DNA of 64,000 nt from an uncultured delta proteobacterium. Lineage in GTDB: Bacteria > Desulfobacterota > Binatia > UBA9968. The stretch lies in the NCBI GenBank assembly GCA_963745835.1, contig CAVUZH010000014.1:224001-288000 (forward strand), given 5' to 3'. A program made the translations under genes and the position numbers. Positions 8,946 through 19,596 of this stretch are shown here, in pieces. Each line of letters begins with the position of its first letter. Position 1 is the stretch's first letter. Below the pieces are notes generated by a model. That model did no database searches. It had not been told where the DNA came from and saw only the letters and a program-made list of their open reading frames with translations.

Positions 8946-10499
8946 ATGGGCCGACTCGTCATTGTTTTGCTGATGCTGCTTTTGGTCAATCTGGGAGCGT
9001 CCGACTTGCGGGCGCAGGACCAAATCCGTGATTTGGTCGTCAAGATTCACGCGGTTCATCACACCCCCGATGTGTTGCGTCCCTGGAGCCGAAACACACC
9101 GCAACAGATTAAGGGTTCGGGAGTGGTCATCGACGGTAACCGCATTCTCACCAACGCACACGTGGTTCGCTATGCAAGCCAGATCTACGTCCAGCCCAAT
9201 CAATCGTCGCAGCATTTACCGGCACGGGTTGATGCCATTACCCCATCGATGGACCTGGCCATCTTGAAGTTGGACGATGAAGCTTTTTTTGAGAAGCGTG
9301 GTTCGCTTCCTTTTGCCAAAGAGCTACCTCGCGTCAAAGACAACATCAACGTTTACGGCTATCCGACTGGTGGCACAGAGCTTTCAGTAACTCAAGGAAT
9401 TGTTTCGCGCATCGAATACACCGACTATTACTATCAGGCGGCAGGTCTACGCATCCAGGTCGATGCGGCGCTCAATTTCGGCAACAGCGGTGGACCCGCC
9501 GTCTCGGACGGAAAACTTGTCGGCTTGGTGTTTAGCTTGATTCAAAACGCGCAGAACATCGGCTATCTAATCCCTGTGGAGGAGATTCAACTATTTCTCG
9601 ACGATATGAAGGACGGCGTATACGACGGCAAACCACAAACGCATGATCTAATACAAACGGTAGAGAATGCAGCGCTCCGGCAGAGGCTCGGGTTGCCTAA
9701 AGAGCTAAGCGGGGTCATGGTAGCACAACCTTATCGGGACGACGATGCTTACCCTTTGAAGGAGTGGGACGTCATCACGCACATCGGCGGCACCCCAGTC
9801 GATAGCGACGGCAAAGTGGCAGTGCGCTATGATCTCCGGTTGTCAGCCTCTTATCTGGCGCAGAAATTCGCCAAAAACGGTGTGTTGCCACTGACGATCT
9901 ATCGAGACGGCAAGTTGGCTCAGATTGAATTGCCCGTTAAAACACGACGCGAGCTGGTCATTCCTTACCTTTTGAATTCGAATCCCCGCTACTTCATCTT
10001 TGGCCCATTTGTATTCTCCCAGACTACACAAGACTACCTTGAACGGCTTGGTAACCAACGCTCCTCTTCGGCTGGCAGTTTCGGACGGGCCGCCAGCCCG
10101 CTGGTCACCCGGCGTTACGATCGGCCGGCGTTTGATGATGAAGAGCTCGTCATGATTGCCTCTCCCCTGTTTCCTCATCGAATTACTCAAGGCTATGATG
10201 ACCCCAATCGAGGCGTGCTTACCGAAGTCAATAATATCCGTGTGAAGAATCTGCGACACCTCGTGGAGATACTGCGTGATTCGCGGGACCAACAAATCAG
10301 TTTCAAATTCGCCAGCGCCGGCGTGCTCACCCATGAAACAATGGTATTTAATCGATCCGATCTTATCGAAGCTACCGGCAAGATCCTCGAAGAGAACGGT
10401 ATCCGCTATCCCTACTCCGCTGACCTCCGTGCTATTTGGGAAGCTACGGAGATGCAAGCGCCCAAATCAGCTAAAGCGTTTTGTTGTAGTCCCGGGTAG
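8946..10499 (+). CDS. HtrA/Deg-type serine protease with PDZ domains (Deg2/9/10-like architecture), exported
   Basis: signal peptide; TNAHVV, DLAIL and GNSGG catalytic triad motifs. Confidence 0.9.
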   Translation: MGRLVIVLLMLLLVNLGASDLRAQDQIRDLVVKIHAVHHTPDVLRPWSRNTPQQIKGSGVVIDGNRILTNAHVVRYASQIYVQPNQSSQHLPARVDAITPSMDLAILKLDDEAFFEKRGSLPFAKELPRVKDNINVYGYPTGGTELSVTQGIVSRIEYTDYYYQAAGLRIQVDAALNFGNSGGPAVSDGKLVGLVFSLIQNAQNIGYLIPVEEIQLFLDDMKDGVYDGKPQTHDLIQTVENAALRQRLGLPKELSGVMVAQPYRDDDAYPLKEWDVITHIGGTPVDSDGKVAVRYDLRLSASYLAQKFAKNGVLPLTIYRDGKLAQIELPVKTRRELVIPYLLNSNPRYFIFGPFVFSQTTQDYLERLGNQRSSSAGSFGRAASPLVTRRYDRPAFDDEELVMIASPLFPHRITQGYDDPNRGVLTEVNNIRVKNLRHLVEILRDSRDQQISFKFASAGVLTHETMVFNRSDLIEATGKILEENGIRYPYSADLRAIWEATEMQAPKSAKAFCCSPG

Positions 10500-10765
10500 C
10501 CGCTGGATATTCCAGCAATCCCGTAGCTGAGAAAAATGCAGCTCCGGACGATCGGCTTAGCAAACCTGATCGCGGTTTTCAGTCGGACGCTGAACTGTCT
10601 TTACCTGCTCCCGAAATCTCCAGAGCCGTCCGTTGACGATTTCTGCTGTCGTCCTCCCGGGTCACCGAATCTTCACGATTCCGCAGAGGCGCCTCTTCAC
10701 AACTCTGTGCATTGGCTGATATAGCGTGGGGTCAACGCATTGTTCCGAATGAAAGGAGGTCAGCC

Positions 10766-11449
10766 ATGCGGAAAAGATTTTTTTCCTGGCTTGGCAAAGA
10801 TTTTATCGAGCTGTCGGGCGAAGCCCAATCTGCGGCAAGCGCGACCGGCGAGGCCCGGGAACTGTTCCGGCGTTTCGATCAGGAGCTCAGGGCGCATGAG
10901 CTGTCATTAGACAACACCGTGCGTACTCGGCTGTGGGGGCGCGACCGTGAAAGCCGCGATCTAGGAAGCGACGAGCGGGTCAAAGTGCTTTCCGGCAAAG
11001 CACGCTCGGCAAGCTCGAGCTATATCGCTCCCGATTATTTTGATTCTGATGCAAAGATTGCGGTGGACCTACTCGCAATGAAACCGTCCAGGCAAAACAT
11101 GCAAAAGCGCATTGTCGAATACGATCCGCCCATCGTGCCGATTCGGTTCCTGGTTTATGATTCGGTGGTGGTGCTTTCCGGAGTAACGACCGTCCTGCCC
11201 ACGCTCGAACAACAGTTTGACAATATCTTGCCGCGTATTACCGCTTCTTTGAAGGACGGCGGCAGTTCCTGGGAGAGAGTTGCGCGGATTTCCTTTTATC
11301 TGCACCGAAGCCAAACTATCGATAACTTGAAACGGCTATTCAATGACCGCATCAAAGCACCAACAGCTCAACGGGAATACTGCTTTGTCGACGGTTACTC
11401 CTCGGTTGGAAAACTATGCGAGGTCGAAGTAACGGCAACTACAGAATGA
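10766..11449 (+). CDS. tandem RidA/YjgF-like fold protein
   Basis: AGGAGG RBS before ATG 10766; two RidA-like halves (L...G.SLDNTVRTRLW; SWERVARISFYL..CEVEVTA). Confidence 0.6.
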   Translation: MRKRFFSWLGKDFIELSGEAQSAASATGEARELFRRFDQELRAHELSLDNTVRTRLWGRDRESRDLGSDERVKVLSGKARSASSSYIAPDYFDSDAKIAVDLLAMKPSRQNMQKRIVEYDPPIVPIRFLVYDSVVVLSGVTTVLPTLEQQFDNILPRITASLKDGGSSWERVARISFYLHRSQTIDNLKRLFNDRIKAPTAQREYCFVDGYSSVGKLCEVEVTATTE

Positions 11450-11519
11450 GATCGGAAAGTCCTTTGCTAAATCAACTTTCGACCGTTTATCAAGCAGTAA
11501 CCGTGTGTTGGGAGTTTCC

Positions 11520-12512
11520 ATGAGTAAACCTGAGACTAAGCGCGCTCGTATTGCTATACTCGATGATTTTGAAAAAGTCGCTGACACTGTTCCCGGCTTT
11601 GAGACACTGAAAGCCCGCGCCGACATCACGCTGTTACGAGAAAGGTTAGACACTTCCGAGAACGTTGTTCAAACCTTGCGGCCTTTCGACATAATCCTGC
11701 TGATGCGCGAGCGAACCTCGTTTACCGGCAATGAATACCGTCAACTACCCAATTTAAGATTTATCTCACAGACCGGACGCACCACCGTGCATCTCGATCT
11801 GCCCTCGGCCACCCGCCACGGCATCGCCGTGACCGGCACTTCAACGGACACCGGCGCCACCACTAAAGAGCTAACCATCGGATTGATTTTATCATTGATG
11901 CGCAAAATCCCGCAGGTCGACCGGCGCATGCGCATCGAGAGTTGGCCTCCGGTTCCGGGTTGGACACTGGAGGGCAAAACTGTCGGCGTATTCGGCTTCG
12001 GCAGAATCGGCAAAGAAGTGGCGCGGGTTATGAAAACTCTTAATACTCGGGTGTTAGGCTACTCTCGAACTCTCACGCCGGAAAGGGCGGCGGAAGTCGG
12101 CGCCGAGTGCGTCAGCATGGAAACTCTGATCCGAGAGTCTGACATCATTACCATCCACATCAATTCAAATTCGCAGACCCGAGGCATTATTGGCGATCAG
12201 GAATTTGCCATGATGAAACGCGGCGCCCTCCTAGTCAACACGGCGCGGGGACCGATCGTCTCGGAACCGGCCATGATCAGAGCACTCGAAAGCGGCCAAC
12301 TCGGCGGTGTTGGCCTTGACGTGTTTGACGTTGAACCCCTGCCGATGGATCATCCTTTACGCCGATTCGACAACGCTGTCTTGCTGTCGCATCGCGGCTA
12401 CGCCACTGTCGAGGTTCTCAGCGAGCGCTACGAACAAGCGATGGTAAACATACTCAATTATCTCGACGGCCGTCCGGTAAAGCTGTTGAATCCGGAAGTT
12501 CTTCCGAAATGA
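11520..12512 (+). CDS. D-2-hydroxyacid dehydrogenase family
   Basis: GFGRIG, NTARG, LDVFDVEP, SH motifs. Confidence 0.9.
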   Translation: MSKPETKRARIAILDDFEKVADTVPGFETLKARADITLLRERLDTSENVVQTLRPFDIILLMRERTSFTGNEYRQLPNLRFISQTGRTTVHLDLPSATRHGIAVTGTSTDTGATTKELTIGLILSLMRKIPQVDRRMRIESWPPVPGWTLEGKTVGVFGFGRIGKEVARVMKTLNTRVLGYSRTLTPERAAEVGAECVSMETLIRESDIITIHINSNSQTRGIIGDQEFAMMKRGALLVNTARGPIVSEPAMIRALESGQLGGVGLDVFDVEPLPMDHPLRRFDNAVLLSHRGYATVEVLSERYEQAMVNILNYLDGRPVKLLNPEVLPK

Positions 12513-12532
12513 AGAGTTCGAGTCCTTCCTGC

Positions 12533-12673
12533 CCGTCAAATCGTTCAAACCATCTACGCCGAGAACTGCTGAGGTATTAAAATCAAGTTGCTACTTCGCT
12601 GGGCAGGCTGCTCAATAGATCGCGGAGGCGAGATCTGCTTTCCCGCGACTTGAACGACTGGAACGGCTTTAAC
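12533..12673. repeat. degenerate copy of the GTTCCAA/TTGAAC inverted repeat family enclosing a fragment of a second REP-like repeat
   Basis: CCGTCAAATCGTTCAAACC ... TTGAACGACTGGAACGGCTTTAAC; 12605-12632 matches the reverse complement of 50980-51007 at 23/28. Confidence 0.5.
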
Positions 12674-12757
12674 CCGTGATGTCTTTATAGTTCGGCGCTG
12701 TTTATGCCGTGCTTGAATGTCGTCTCACCTGTTGCCATGATGCCATTCGGAGCGAAC

Positions 12758-13429
12758 ATGACCCGTAAGGACGCCCTAACAGAGGACGAACTCACCAAGA
12801 CATCAACGATCACTCTCGATCATTACAATCGGCACGCGGATAGTTTCTGGGAAGGCACGCGCGATCATGACGTCACACAGAATCGCGCCGCGTTGCTCGA
12901 GCATATGCCGGGTACAGGTCCTTTTCGCATTCTCGACTTCGGCTGCGGTCCGGGCCGCGACTTAAAAGCCTTCAAAGACATGGGACATGAAGTCATCGGC
13001 CTCGATGGCGCCGAACGCTTTGTCCAAATTGCCCGCGGCTTCAGCGGTTGTGAAGTCTGGCGCCAGGATTTTTTAAGACTGGAGCTGCCGGAAAGTTTTT
13101 TCGACGGTATTTTCGCCAATGCCTCGCTCTTTCATATCCCCAGTCAGGAATTGCCACGCATTTTAAAGGAGCTGTGGCAGACGTTGAAACCGCAGGGCGT
13201 GCTCTTTAGCTCCAATCCACGGGGTGATAATCAGGAAGGCTGGAATGGCAAACGCTATGGGGCCTATTACGATCTCAAACAATGGCGTAAATTCATGAAT
13301 GCAGCCAAATTCACCGAGATCACTCATTACTATCGGCCGCCGGGAGTGCCGCCGGCGGAGCAGCCATGGTTGGCCTCGCTGTGGCACAAGACGGTCGAGC
13401 GGGCTGGTTATCGCATCAATTCGAATTGA
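12758..13429 (+). CDS. class I SAM-dependent methyltransferase
   Basis: ILDFGCGPGRD motif I; FDGIFANASLFH. Confidence 0.9.
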   Translation: MTRKDALTEDELTKTSTITLDHYNRHADSFWEGTRDHDVTQNRAALLEHMPGTGPFRILDFGCGPGRDLKAFKDMGHEVIGLDGAERFVQIARGFSGCEVWRQDFLRLELPESFFDGIFANASLFHIPSQELPRILKELWQTLKPQGVLFSSNPRGDNQEGWNGKRYGAYYDLKQWRKFMNAAKFTEITHYYRPPGVPPAEQPWLASLWHKTVERAGYRINSN

Positions 13430-13504
13430 CATGTCATCGGCTTATCGAATACGGTCGGTTATAAAAGTACACGAGCAACGATTTCCTTAAGGAGGACTCA
13501 GATA

Positions 13505-14608
13505 ATGGCTATAGGAAACGGTCACGGTCAAGGTATCACTGGCGTCATCATCTCATCCGACTCCCATGTCATGGAGCCGGTGGATCTTTGGAAAAAGGGA
13601 GTCCCGGAAAAATACCGCGCTGAGGCTCCGGTCTTTCCGCCGCACAAAGTCGGCGAGGGCTTTCAACAACATGCCGGCGGTTGGGACCCGCATGCAAGAA
13701 TTCAAGAGATGGAAAAGGACGGTCTCAGCGGCGAAGTGCTGTATCCGACGTTGATGTTGGATCTGTTCGCGCTAGACGATCCGGCCATGCAGGAAGCATG
13801 TTTTCGCGTGTACAACGATTGGCTAATCGATTATTGCAGCGTCGATACCAACCGATTGATCGGCATCCCGGCCATCCCTGTCTATAACATCGACAATGGC
13901 ATTAAAGAGCTCGAACGTTGCCGCAAGGCGGGGCTGAAAGGGGCGATCATTTGGCAAGCGCCCCATCCCGATCTGCCCTTCCATTCCAGCCATTATGATA
14001 AATTTTGGGCTGCCGCTCAGGACCTCGAGTCGCCGGTCAGCCTGCACATCCTGACGGGCCACAGCTACAACAAAGACAAGAACCGCAACGGTGTCGAGCG
14101 TTACCGCGGCAGCGTCAATTTGAAGCTGATGGACATCGCCAACGCGCTTTTCGAGCTGATTTTCTATGGTGTGCTGGAGCGCTATCCTAGGCTCAAGATT
14201 GTTTCCGTCGAGAACGAAGCGGGTTGGTTGCCCTGGATCACCCAGCAATGGGATTACTATTATCGGCGTTTCCGCAATGCTAATCCGCCGCCATTCAGCA
14301 AGGATCCCAGCGAGTACTTTCGCAATCAGATCTATTCCTGCTTCTTCAACGATTCGGTGTGCGGCCACAATCTGGAGTGGTGGGGCCAGGATAATATCAT
14401 GTGGTCCAACGACTTCCCCCATCCTAATTCGACTTGGCCTAACTCGCTGAAGATTATTCAACGGGATCTTGGGCACCTGCCGGTGGAAGTTCAAACCAAA
14501 GTTCTAGCGACCAATGTCTGTAAGTTATACAACCTCGACATGTCGAAGGTGCCGGCCGGCATCGCCAAAGCGGCGCTGGCGACGCAAGCGGTTGGAGCAT
14601 CAGCTTAA
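13505..14608 (+). CDS. amidohydrolase_2 family protein
   Basis: SSDSH, SLH, WSNDFPH motifs. Confidence 0.9.
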   Translation: MAIGNGHGQGITGVIISSDSHVMEPVDLWKKGVPEKYRAEAPVFPPHKVGEGFQQHAGGWDPHARIQEMEKDGLSGEVLYPTLMLDLFALDDPAMQEACFRVYNDWLIDYCSVDTNRLIGIPAIPVYNIDNGIKELERCRKAGLKGAIIWQAPHPDLPFHSSHYDKFWAAAQDLESPVSLHILTGHSYNKDKNRNGVERYRGSVNLKLMDIANALFELIFYGVLERYPRLKIVSVENEAGWLPWITQQWDYYYRRFRNANPPPFSKDPSEYFRNQIYSCFFNDSVCGHNLEWWGQDNIMWSNDFPHPNSTWPNSLKIIQRDLGHLPVEVQTKVLATNVCKLYNLDMSKVPAGIAKAALATQAVGASA

Positions 14609-14634
14609 ACGAAGATTAGCAGGGAGAAGACATC

Positions 14635-15081
14635 GTGACAGGCATCCGCCGGATTTTGTACGCAACGGATTATTCCAAAGCATCAGGACGCGCGAGAGCG
14701 AAAGCTGTCGAGCTTGCTAAAGATTACGACGCGGAGCTCTGGGTGGTTCATGTGATTGCGCCGACAACCGCTTACCTTACCGAACAAGAATTTGGCGGCG
14801 CCGAGCTCTATATGAAACTGGAAGAGAGCGCCAAGCAGCAGGCCGAGAGTTCGATGAAGCGGCTCATGGCAACACTGGGAAAGGCGAAAATCAAAGCCAA
14901 GAGCCTGCTCCTAAGAGGATCGCCGCACGACCAGATCATCAAAGCCGCTAAAAACAAAAAAGTCGACATCATCGTGATCGGCACGCATGGTCGCACTGGG
15001 CTGTCCAAACTATTCTTGGGGAGCGTCGCGGGCCGAGTCGTGTCAGCGGCGACCTGCCCCGTGCTCACAGTCCGACAATAG
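14635..15081 (+). CDS. universal stress protein
   Basis: ILYATDYS, GTHGRTG..LFLGSVA..V...A.CPVL. Confidence 0.92.
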   Translation: MTGIRRILYATDYSKASGRARAKAVELAKDYDAELWVVHVIAPTTAYLTEQEFGGAELYMKLEESAKQQAESSMKRLMATLGKAKIKAKSLLLRGSPHDQIIKAAKNKKVDIIVIGTHGRTGLSKLFLGSVAGRVVSAATCPVLTVRQ

Positions 15082-15340
15082 AAGCATTGGGAGAGACGGC
15101 GCCAAAGCGCGAGAGTGGCGCCTTCTCTCTCGCTACTATTTTCCTAACCGCACTGCATTTCTGGTGCTGTGCGGCAAGCTCCTGGAAGGTTTTTTCCATC
15201 ACCTCAATCTCGGTGAGTTAACCCTGCTACAGCAGCCTCTCACCTGAAGCCGCAATCTGCCTCGCTTGACAGAGGCGGGTTCAGCTCTGTTATGTAAGAG
15301 AACACTGACCGATTCTGAGGAGTTCCTCTGAGGAGTTCTA

Positions 15341-16324
15341 ATGTACAACGGACAAAGCGTCGTCGATGTTCACGGTCACATGACCACCCCGGCAGGGTTT
15401 CGGCAATTTTTGGCGGAGATTGTCTCCCAAAACACGCCGGGACGAAAATTGGAAGTTACCGACGAGCAGTTGGAGAACGCGCAACAGCGTCATCTCAAAT
15501 TCATGGACGATCGCAATGTCGACGTTCAGCTCATTGGACCGAGACCGATCGCCATGTGGCACTGGATGCGCCCATTCCTACAGGAATTCTGGGCACAAAC
15601 CACCAACAATGTGATTGCGCGTATTGTCAGGCTCCACCCGGACCGGTTTCGCGGCATGGCCCAGCTGCCCCAATGCTCGACAAGCAAGGACACGCGCAAC
15701 TGTTTGCCGGAATTCGAGCGCTGCGTGGAAGAATTAGGCTTTGTCGGGGCTTATTTAAACCCTGACCCGGCGGGCGACAAACAAACTCCGGGCGTGCACG
15801 AGGAATATTGGTTTCCGTTATACGAAAAAGCCGTGGAGCTCGATGTGCCGCTGATGATCCATCCGTCGGTAAGCTACGACCGGAGACTGGAAATCATTCC
15901 GGCGAACTATCAGATGAACAACTATTTAGAAGAGTTCATCGCCATGCAGTTACTAACCCACGGCAAAGTCTTTGAGATCTTTCCAAAATTAAAAATCACC
16001 ATCTGTCACTGCGGTGGCGGCCTAAACCGCTTCATCCCGTCGGACAAGCACGTCGGACAGGGAGATTTCAGCAAGAATCTCTTCTACGACTCCTGTGTCT
16101 ACGATGTTCACTATCTCGAAGCCGCGATCAAGCAGCGCGGTGTTGATCAGATTCTTTTTGGCACCGAATCTCCCGGCTCCGGCGGCGCTATTCGTCCGGA
16201 AACCGGCATGCCATCCGACGACTTGATCCCAGTCATAGATAGCCTCGGATTCTTGACTGCTGAAGACAAGCTGAAAATTTTTCAGAAGAATCCTATGAAG
16301 GTTTTTACTAAAGTAAAGATCTAG
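15341..16324 (+). CDS. amidohydrolase_2 family, LigJ (4-oxalomesaconate hydratase)-like
   Basis: DVHGH, LNPDP, W.PLYEK..ELDVP.MIH, HCGG, FGTE. Confidence 0.8.
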   Translation: MYNGQSVVDVHGHMTTPAGFRQFLAEIVSQNTPGRKLEVTDEQLENAQQRHLKFMDDRNVDVQLIGPRPIAMWHWMRPFLQEFWAQTTNNVIARIVRLHPDRFRGMAQLPQCSTSKDTRNCLPEFERCVEELGFVGAYLNPDPAGDKQTPGVHEEYWFPLYEKAVELDVPLMIHPSVSYDRRLEIIPANYQMNNYLEEFIAMQLLTHGKVFEIFPKLKITICHCGGGLNRFIPSDKHVGQGDFSKNLFYDSCVYDVHYLEAAIKQRGVDQILFGTESPGSGGAIRPETGMPSDDLIPVIDSLGFLTAEDKLKIFQKNPMKVFTKVKI

Positions 16325-16364
16325 ATCGTCCTAGACGGTGCTAGGGTGATGCAGGTAGACGAAT

Positions 16365-16808
16365 GTGATCGAGCTTGAGTTCACCGACGTTGCCGTGGCG
16401 CACGCGATTCAGCTAGCAGTAGCGCCGGTATTTCTTCTTTCAGGAATCGGCGCGATGCTAGCGGTTATGACCAGCCGATTAGGCCGCATCATCGACCGCG
16501 CGCGCGATCTTGAGGAGCGGTTAGTCGATGCGTCTCCGGAGTTCTTTTCAAGTTTACAAATCGATCTCAGAATGCTTTCTCGGCGTGCCAAGCTCATCTA
16601 TTTGGCGATCGCTCTTTGCACGACCACGGCGTTGCTCGTGTGCGCAGTAATCGCATTCCTGTTCGTAAGCGCCTTCTTGCAGTTTGACGCTTCGGTGGTC
16701 GTCGCCCTGCTTTTCATCGCAGCCATGTCTACATTCGTTCTCGGGCTGCTATGGTTCTTGCGCGAGATCTATGTAGGTACCATCAGCCTCCGTATCGGCC
16801 CACGATAA
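16365..16808 (+). CDS. DUF2721 membrane protein
   Basis: IQLAVAPVFLLSGIG..L....RLGRIIDRAR..FLREI. Confidence 0.85.
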   Translation: MIELEFTDVAVAHAIQLAVAPVFLLSGIGAMLAVMTSRLGRIIDRARDLEERLVDASPEFFSSLQIDLRMLSRRAKLIYLAIALCTTTALLVCAVIAFLFVSAFLQFDASVVVALLFIAAMSTFVLGLLWFLREIYVGTISLRIGPR

Positions 16809-16914
16809 TGAGGCAATCCGCGCATAATCGAATGACATGGAATTGAGCTGCGGCTATCCCAAATGGCTGTGATGGATCTCGTTAAACTCCCGTTGAATTC
16901 TCGCGACCACTTCA

Positions 16915-17811
16915 TCAGACGGAGTAACGCAGTTCCATTTCCAAGAATTCCGGCAAGCGGACCAAGGCCTCATATTCCTTGAGAGAAGCCAGTCTGTGCG
17001 CATAGTTCTTAGTCGAACCCTCGTTTTTCAAAATTGTCAGCATCTCCGTGACTGCCTTGACCACCGTGTAGCGCACCGCGTTACTCCCACCCATGTTGAA
17101 ACCGATCTGTTTAAGCTCGTCCAACGTAATGTTACCGACTTGAATTGCTTCGTCCATGAACATGCAATTCACCGGCACTTTCACCGAATCGCGGATGCGC
17201 TTCAACGCGTCGAGGGTGCGTTGGCGCATGCCTTCCTTTCGGACCCAGGACATGGCAACGCCGACCATATCGATGCCGACTTCCTCGTAGGCCTTGATCC
17301 GCTTCAACGCATCATCCAAGCCATTCACCGACTCCGCATCGGTCCGGGCGCTGATGACAAAATCCGGATCCTCCTTGGCTTCAACCGCGGCCTGGAGCTT
17401 CTTCACTTGCTCTTTGATCGGCACAACCGGAGTTCCTCCCGGAATCAAGGCGCACTTTTTCGGCGTAACCTGATCTTCCATGCCGATGCCGGCGATACCG
17501 GCGCGCTCGAATTCCTTGATCGTCCGGGCGATTCCAAGAGGGCCGCCCGAATAGCCCGTATCGGCGTCAACCATCACTGGAATATCCACGGCAGCGGCCA
17601 CATTCCTGGCATGATTGGCCATCTCGTTCAATCCGATAAGACCCAGATCGGGAAGCCCAAGCAGGCTAGCACAGGTGACATTGCCCAACAGTTTGACTGC
17701 GGTGAAGCCCGTCGTTTCGGCGAGCCGCGCCGTTAGGCAATCATAAACGCCGGGTGTAATGATAATGTCATCGCCCTTCAGCAGTTCTCTAAGTTTAGTC
17801 GTAGTTTTCAT
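16915..17811 (-). CDS. isocitrate lyase/PEP mutase superfamily C-C lyase (PrpB/Dml-like)
   Basis: GVYD, DADTGY, EDQ..PKKC, ARTDA; canonical KKCGH is KKCAL here. Confidence 0.88.
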   Translation of the reverse strand: MKTTTKLRELLKGDDIIITPGVYDCLTARLAETTGFTAVKLLGNVTCASLLGLPDLGLIGLNEMANHARNVAAAVDIPVMVDADTGYSGGPLGIARTIKEFERAGIAGIGMEDQVTPKKCALIPGGTPVVPIKEQVKKLQAAVEAKEDPDFVISARTDAESVNGLDDALKRIKAYEEVGIDMVGVAMSWVRKEGMRQRTLDALKRIRDSVKVPVNCMFMDEAIQVGNITLDELKQIGFNMGGSNAVRYTVVKAVTEMLTILKNEGSTKNYAHRLASLKEYEALVRLPEFLEMELRYSV

Positions 17812-17827
17812 TGCTCCCCCTAAGAAG

Positions 17828-18301
17828 TCAAAGTCGTGTTTTCTCTTGACTGGCGATTGAGGATTTCAAGTATGGAATCAACCCCCCTTTGTCCAGAATA
17901 GTGATCGCATGATCTGAAAAAGGCGGAAACGCGAGTGAGGCCCCTTTTATAAGATTACGAACGCTGCCGGATTCCAAGTCGACTTCGATGTCCTCACCTT
18001 GGTCGACAAGGGTCGATATACCCGGGCACTCGATCGCCGGCAAGCCAAGGTTGATCAGAGTGCGGAGATAAATGTTTGAAATGGATTCGGCGAGCACGGC
18101 GGCGATGCCGGCATCGCGCAGCGACCGGGGCGCATCCTCTGCGCTCGATCCCATGCCGAAATTGATTCCCGCAACTATCAGATCGCCGGGCTTTACCTTT
18201 AGATGAAACTCGGGATCAAGGCCGGCCATTACACCTTTGATGTTCCCGGAGTCGATACAGTCGCCGAATTTCCATACTCTGCCGGTAAAAACTCGCTTCA
18301 T
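17828..18301 (-). CDS. aconitase-family hydratase small subunit (LeuD/DmdB-like)
   Basis: GRVWKFGD.ID, NFG.GSS.E, GGL. Confidence 0.88.
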   Translation of the reverse strand: MKRVFTGRVWKFGDCIDSGNIKGVMAGLDPEFHLKVKPGDLIVAGINFGMGSSAEDAPRSLRDAGIAAVLAESISNIYLRTLINLGLPAIECPGISTLVDQGEDIEVDLESGSVRNLIKGASLAFPPFSDHAITILDKGGLIPYLKSSIASQEKTRL

Positions 18302-19581
18302 GATGGCAGAAACTCCCTGGGATCGACGATCTCACCTGCGATAGCGCTGGCGGCCACCGTCGCCGGGCTACCCAAGAATATCTGGGCATCGCGGTGACCC
18401 ATGCGGCCGGGAAAGTTTCGGTTACCGGACGAGATGCAAACTTCACCGGTGGCCAGTGAAGGACGGGTGCAGATGCCGCATTCTGAAGCGGTGAGCAGCA
18501 CTTTTGATTTTTCGAAAATTTGCAGAAGTCCCTCTTCGCGTGCTTGAAAGTAAGCGGCATAGGAAGCGGGCGTAACGATCATGCGCACTCCGGGATGCAC
18601 CGTCTTGCCTTTGAGAATCTTGGCTGCGACCCGCAGATCTTCGATTCGCGAGTTGGAGCAAGTTCCGATGAAGGCCTGATTGATCTTGGTTCCGACGAAT
18701 TCGTGAACCGGCTGGCCGTTGGAGGGCACGCCGGGAGCGGCAACAAAAGGTTCCATATCGGTTAAATCGAAGCGAAGCCGCGATTCATATTCGGCATCGG
18801 CATCACTTTCAACCGCAGCAAAGGTTTCATTGCTGACTTGCTTCACGTAATCGATCGCCCGCGCATCGGGCGGGAAGACAGCATTCAGCGCCAGGCTTTC
18901 GACTGCCATATTGCACATCGAGAGACGGCTTTCGACGCTGATCTCAGCAACCGCGCTGCCGCCGTATTCGACAGTTTTATTAACTGCGCCGTTGGCTCCC
19001 ATCTCTGCCATCAGCCGCAGCGCAATATCTTTTCCCCAAATCCACTGCGGTCGCGCGCCCGTGAGCTCGACATAAATAGAGGGTGGAACTTTTAGCCAGA
19101 TCCTTCCGGTTGCCAGCACTCCGACAGTTTCCGTAAAACCTATGCCCGTGGCAAAGCAGGCCAACGCGCCGTAGGTGCAGGAATGCGAGTCGGCGCCGAC
19201 GATGAACTCGCCGGGTCTGACATGTCCCTTTTCGACCATGACATTATGACCGATGCCGCCTTGATAACCTTCGTAAATGACCGCGCCATGCTCCTCGGAA
19301 AATTGCTTGGCCCGCTCCTGACCTTCGGCGCGTCTCGTGCTGCGCGCAGGTTGCTCATCGAAATTGATGATGATCTTGTCCGCATCCCAGGCCTTGCTGA
19401 TGCCCATCTCCTTGAGGATTTCTTTGAATACACCGTAAAGGCCCTTGGGATCTTCCGCTTTCGAAAAGCGCAAGTCTTTGATGTAAAGTTTATCCACCGC
19501 CGCGTCGATCATGTCTCCGGGACGAACTTGGTCTCTCCCGGCGGCTCGCGCGCAAATCTTTTCAGTAATAGTCATTCCCAT
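18298..19581 (-). CDS. aconitase-family hydratase large subunit (LeuC/DmdA-like)
   Basis: MGMTITEKI, DSHSCT.GA, IGTCSN, CGIC, NRNFPGRMG. Confidence 0.9.
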   Translation of the reverse strand: MGMTITEKICARAAGRDQVRPGDMIDAAVDKLYIKDLRFSKAEDPKGLYGVFKEILKEMGISKAWDADKIIINFDEQPARSTRRAEGQERAKQFSEEHGAVIYEGYQGGIGHNVMVEKGHVRPGEFIVGADSHSCTYGALACFATGIGFTETVGVLATGRIWLKVPPSIYVELTGARPQWIWGKDIALRLMAEMGANGAVNKTVEYGGSAVAEISVESRLSMCNMAVESLALNAVFPPDARAIDYVKQVSNETFAAVESDADAEYESRLRFDLTDMEPFVAAPGVPSNGQPVHEFVGTKINQAFIGTCSNSRIEDLRVAAKILKGKTVHPGVRMIVTPASYAAYFQAREEGLLQIFEKSKVLLTASECGICTRPSLATGEVCISSGNRNFPGRMGHRDAQIFLGSPATVAASAIAGEIVDPREFLPS

Positions 19582-19596
19582 ATTCGTCTCATGCGA

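Noticed and set aside
17828-19581. leuCD for leucine biosynthesis
   Set aside because: No leuA/leuB in the operon, catabolic neighbours and altered substrate motifs, so no gene symbol was assigned.
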